Source: Sphyrna mokarran (Eukaryota). From it: 64,000 nt of DNA. A model generated the notes under the pieces. That model saw nothing but the letters and a program-made list of their open reading frames with translations. It was not told where the DNA came from and ran no database searches. The stretch covers positions 45,012,001 through 45,076,000 of the forward strand of contig JAGIQG010000019.1 in the NCBI GenBank assembly GCA_024679065.1, written 5' to 3'. Below, piece by piece: positions 61,646 to 64,000 of this stretch; position 1 is the stretch's first letter, and the number at the start of each line of letters is the position of its first letter. The position numbers were made by a program, and so were the translations under genes.

Positions 61646-62794
61646 CTCATGACTTTCCATAATAGTTTTTTGCATGTACATGTGTGTGCGTGTGCTTTTG
61701 TGTTGGCGCACTCTCTTTCACTGTATTCTTTTAGATGGGGTACATTCTATGAAATCAGTCCTTGAAATTTAGAAAGATTCCAGCCTTGTCTCAAGCTCCA
61801 ATATTTAACCTCCCTCTTATCAAATGTTAGTTCCAACCATTACAAATTCAGTTTCATCTCAACAAAATACTTAGAACAAAGAACAGTACAGCACAGGAAC
61901 AGGCCCTTCGGCCTTCCAAGCCTGCACCAATCACCTTTTTCTATCTAAACCAATCATTCGTATCCCTCTGCCATCTCCTTCAGAAGTGACTTTTCAGACT
62001 CACTCCACAACTTTTCATTCGACTGACAGTGAGGAAAAGATACGGTGGAGAAAAATCAACAGATAAGGTAGAAAACAGAGGCCACTGATTATTCTGTGTT
62101 ATTTTTATATTTCAATCCAATGGAACAACTTTTAATCCAAATCAAGGTGTGCTACTTGCCGCCTGCATGTTATTTACATTATGAGTCTGAACTTTGTGTA
62201 AATAAAACCATGCTTCACATTTAAGTATTGAGTGTTGGCAAGACCAATCCTGTGCCTACTTAACAATCAAAAAAATGACACATTTCAGTGACTCATAATA
62301 CATCAATAATTCTTCATTCCTGAGGGAATAGGATCCTGAGGGGATACGATCGAGCTCCTTTAGCCTCTGCAAAACTATGTCCAATCCAGCCATTATAAGA
62401 TTAAACTGTGTTGTGTACACACCCCCTCGTATTGCAGTATTACTGGAAAATGTTCCTGTGAACGCAATTTTTTATTTGCATGAAATCTTGCAGAAAACTC
62501 TCAGGTGCCTGTTGCTCCATTTGAAACTGATTCTAATATGGTTCATGAGAAGGAATGCCATGTCTTTCGATATACATATGGCAAGTTGGTTCTGTACAAC
62601 TGTTGAGTTCAACTGCAGTGTTGAGAGTTCTGTCAGCGTCTCAATTCAAGATGCTGGCCCATCTTTACCCATATCAATGCTGAAGGATCTGCTGTATATT
62701 TCCACTATTATACAGTTTGACCTCAGCAATGAAGTGCTGATGCTGCTGCAAAGTTCTGCTTTGTTTGAAGAATTGGAGGGGACAAGTCAAAGAG

Positions 62795-63133
62795 TCATGG
62801 AGTCTCTACAGTGCAGAAGGAGGGCATTTGGCCCATCAAGTCTGCACTGACAGCAATCCCACTGAGGCCCTGTCCCCATCACCCCACATATTTACCCCTC
62901 AGATCCCTCTAACCTCCACATCCCGGGATGCTAAAAGGCAATTTACCATGGTTAATCAACCTAACCCACACAACTTTGGACTGCAGGAGGAAACTGGAGC
63001 TCCCACAGGAAATCCATGCAGACATGGGGAAAATATGCAGACTCCGCACAGACAGTGACCCAAGCCATGAATCGAATGCAGGTCCCTGGATCTGCAAGGC
63101 AGCAATGCTAACCACTATGCCACCGTGTTACCC
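62795..63133 (-). mobile_element. HE1/V-SINE
   Basis: Full reverse head, core and tail. Confidence 0.85.
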
Positions 63134-63239
63134 CCAGATGTTCCCTCTCAGTGATGCCAGTTGAGAGTTGAGATGGCACAGTGCTGCAAAACTCCCTAAT
63201 GCTCGACATGCAATAAGAAAACCACCTGATTATCTGTTT

Positions 63240-63710
63240 AATCATAAGACCGTAAGACATAGGAGAGCAGAATTAGGTCACTCAGTCCATGGAGTCTGCT
63301 CTGCCATTCAATCATGGCTGATATTTTCCTTATCCCCATTTTCCTACTTTTTCCCCCAGAACCGCTGATCCTGTTATCAATCTAGAACCCATCTATTTCC
63401 ATCTTGAAGACACTCAATGACCTGGCCTACACAGCCTTCTGCAGCAAAGAGTTCCATAGATTCACCACTTCCTCATCTCTGTTTTAAAGGATCATCCCCA
63501 CAGCCTGAGGTTGTGACCTCCAGTTCTAGTTTTTCTTACTAATGGAAACATCCTCTCCAACTCCAGTTTATCCAGGTGTCACAGTATCCTGTAAGTTTCA
63601 ATAAGATCCTCCCTCACCCTTCTGAACTCCATCAAGTGTAGACCCAGAGTTTTCAACTGTTCCTCATACAGCAAGCTCTTCATTCTAGGGATCATTCTTG
63701 TGAACCTCAT
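63240..63710 (-). mobile_element. CR1-like LINE 3' fragment
   Basis: CATAAGACCGTAAGACATAGGAGAGCAGAATTAGG tail; AAGATCCTCCCTCACCCTTCTGAACTCC is reverse RT C-terminal sequence. Confidence 0.8.
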
Positions 63711-64000
63711 TGTGATGAGAAGTTGCTTTTAGAAATCCATTAATTTAAGCGTGACAGTAATTCACTATTAGCGAGTGTGATTCAAAAACATTTAGGATGG
63801 CTCCTGGCATTTGGCCATAAAACCACATTATGTTTTATTTGGAGATGCAAGCTAAAGGTGAAAAGCATCAAAATACCCAACCTGTAATCATTTCTAACTG
63901 GTACCATTCCTACGCTGTGCCTAGAGTACAATAAAAGCTTTATATTCCTCGAATGTAGTGTAACAAACATATCATTAAGATCAACACGCAGCTTCCACAA

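Noticed and set aside
62377-62850. 157-aa ORF
   Set aside because: No recognisable domain; it crosses unique DNA, degenerate repeat sequence and a SINE tail.
1607-63164. Many recurring short ORFs (e.g. AQWLALLPHS, GRKPEHPEETH, VSTAASQ) as a peptide family
   Set aside because: They are translations of HE1 SINE copies in different frames.

Overview
Eukaryotic genomic DNA, almost certainly from a cartilaginous fish (shark/elasmobranch), inferred from dense HE1/V-type tRNA-derived SINEs and CR1/HER1-like LINE 3' fragments. I found no credible host protein-coding exon, tRNA, rRNA or CRISPR array; the window looks like a large intron or gene desert. Much of it is nested transposon debris: CR1, Rex1/Babar, L2 and another CR1/L2-group LINE, at least four SINE types, three decayed Ty3/Gypsy LTR elements (one with both LTRs still recognisable), two Penelope-like element (PLE) terminal-repeat families with hammerhead-like cores, and Harbinger-like TIR elements/MITEs. 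Between the repeats lie several unique AT-rich islands with homeodomain, Pbx-Hox, Meis, octamer and nuclear-receptor motifs that may be conserved enhancers. The best observations are: (1) short PLE-derived fold-back insertions with clean TSDs, a fixed start, a ~40-nt tail and hammerhead-like cores; (2) a ~2.7-kb tandem duplication whose junction is a chimeric SINE, suggesting SINE-SINE unequal crossover; (3) a young CR1 whose 3' region contains a V-SINE core. I see no evidence for a wholly new biological system. Family names come from motif recognition rather than database searches, and most boundaries are approximate (about +/-20 bp).
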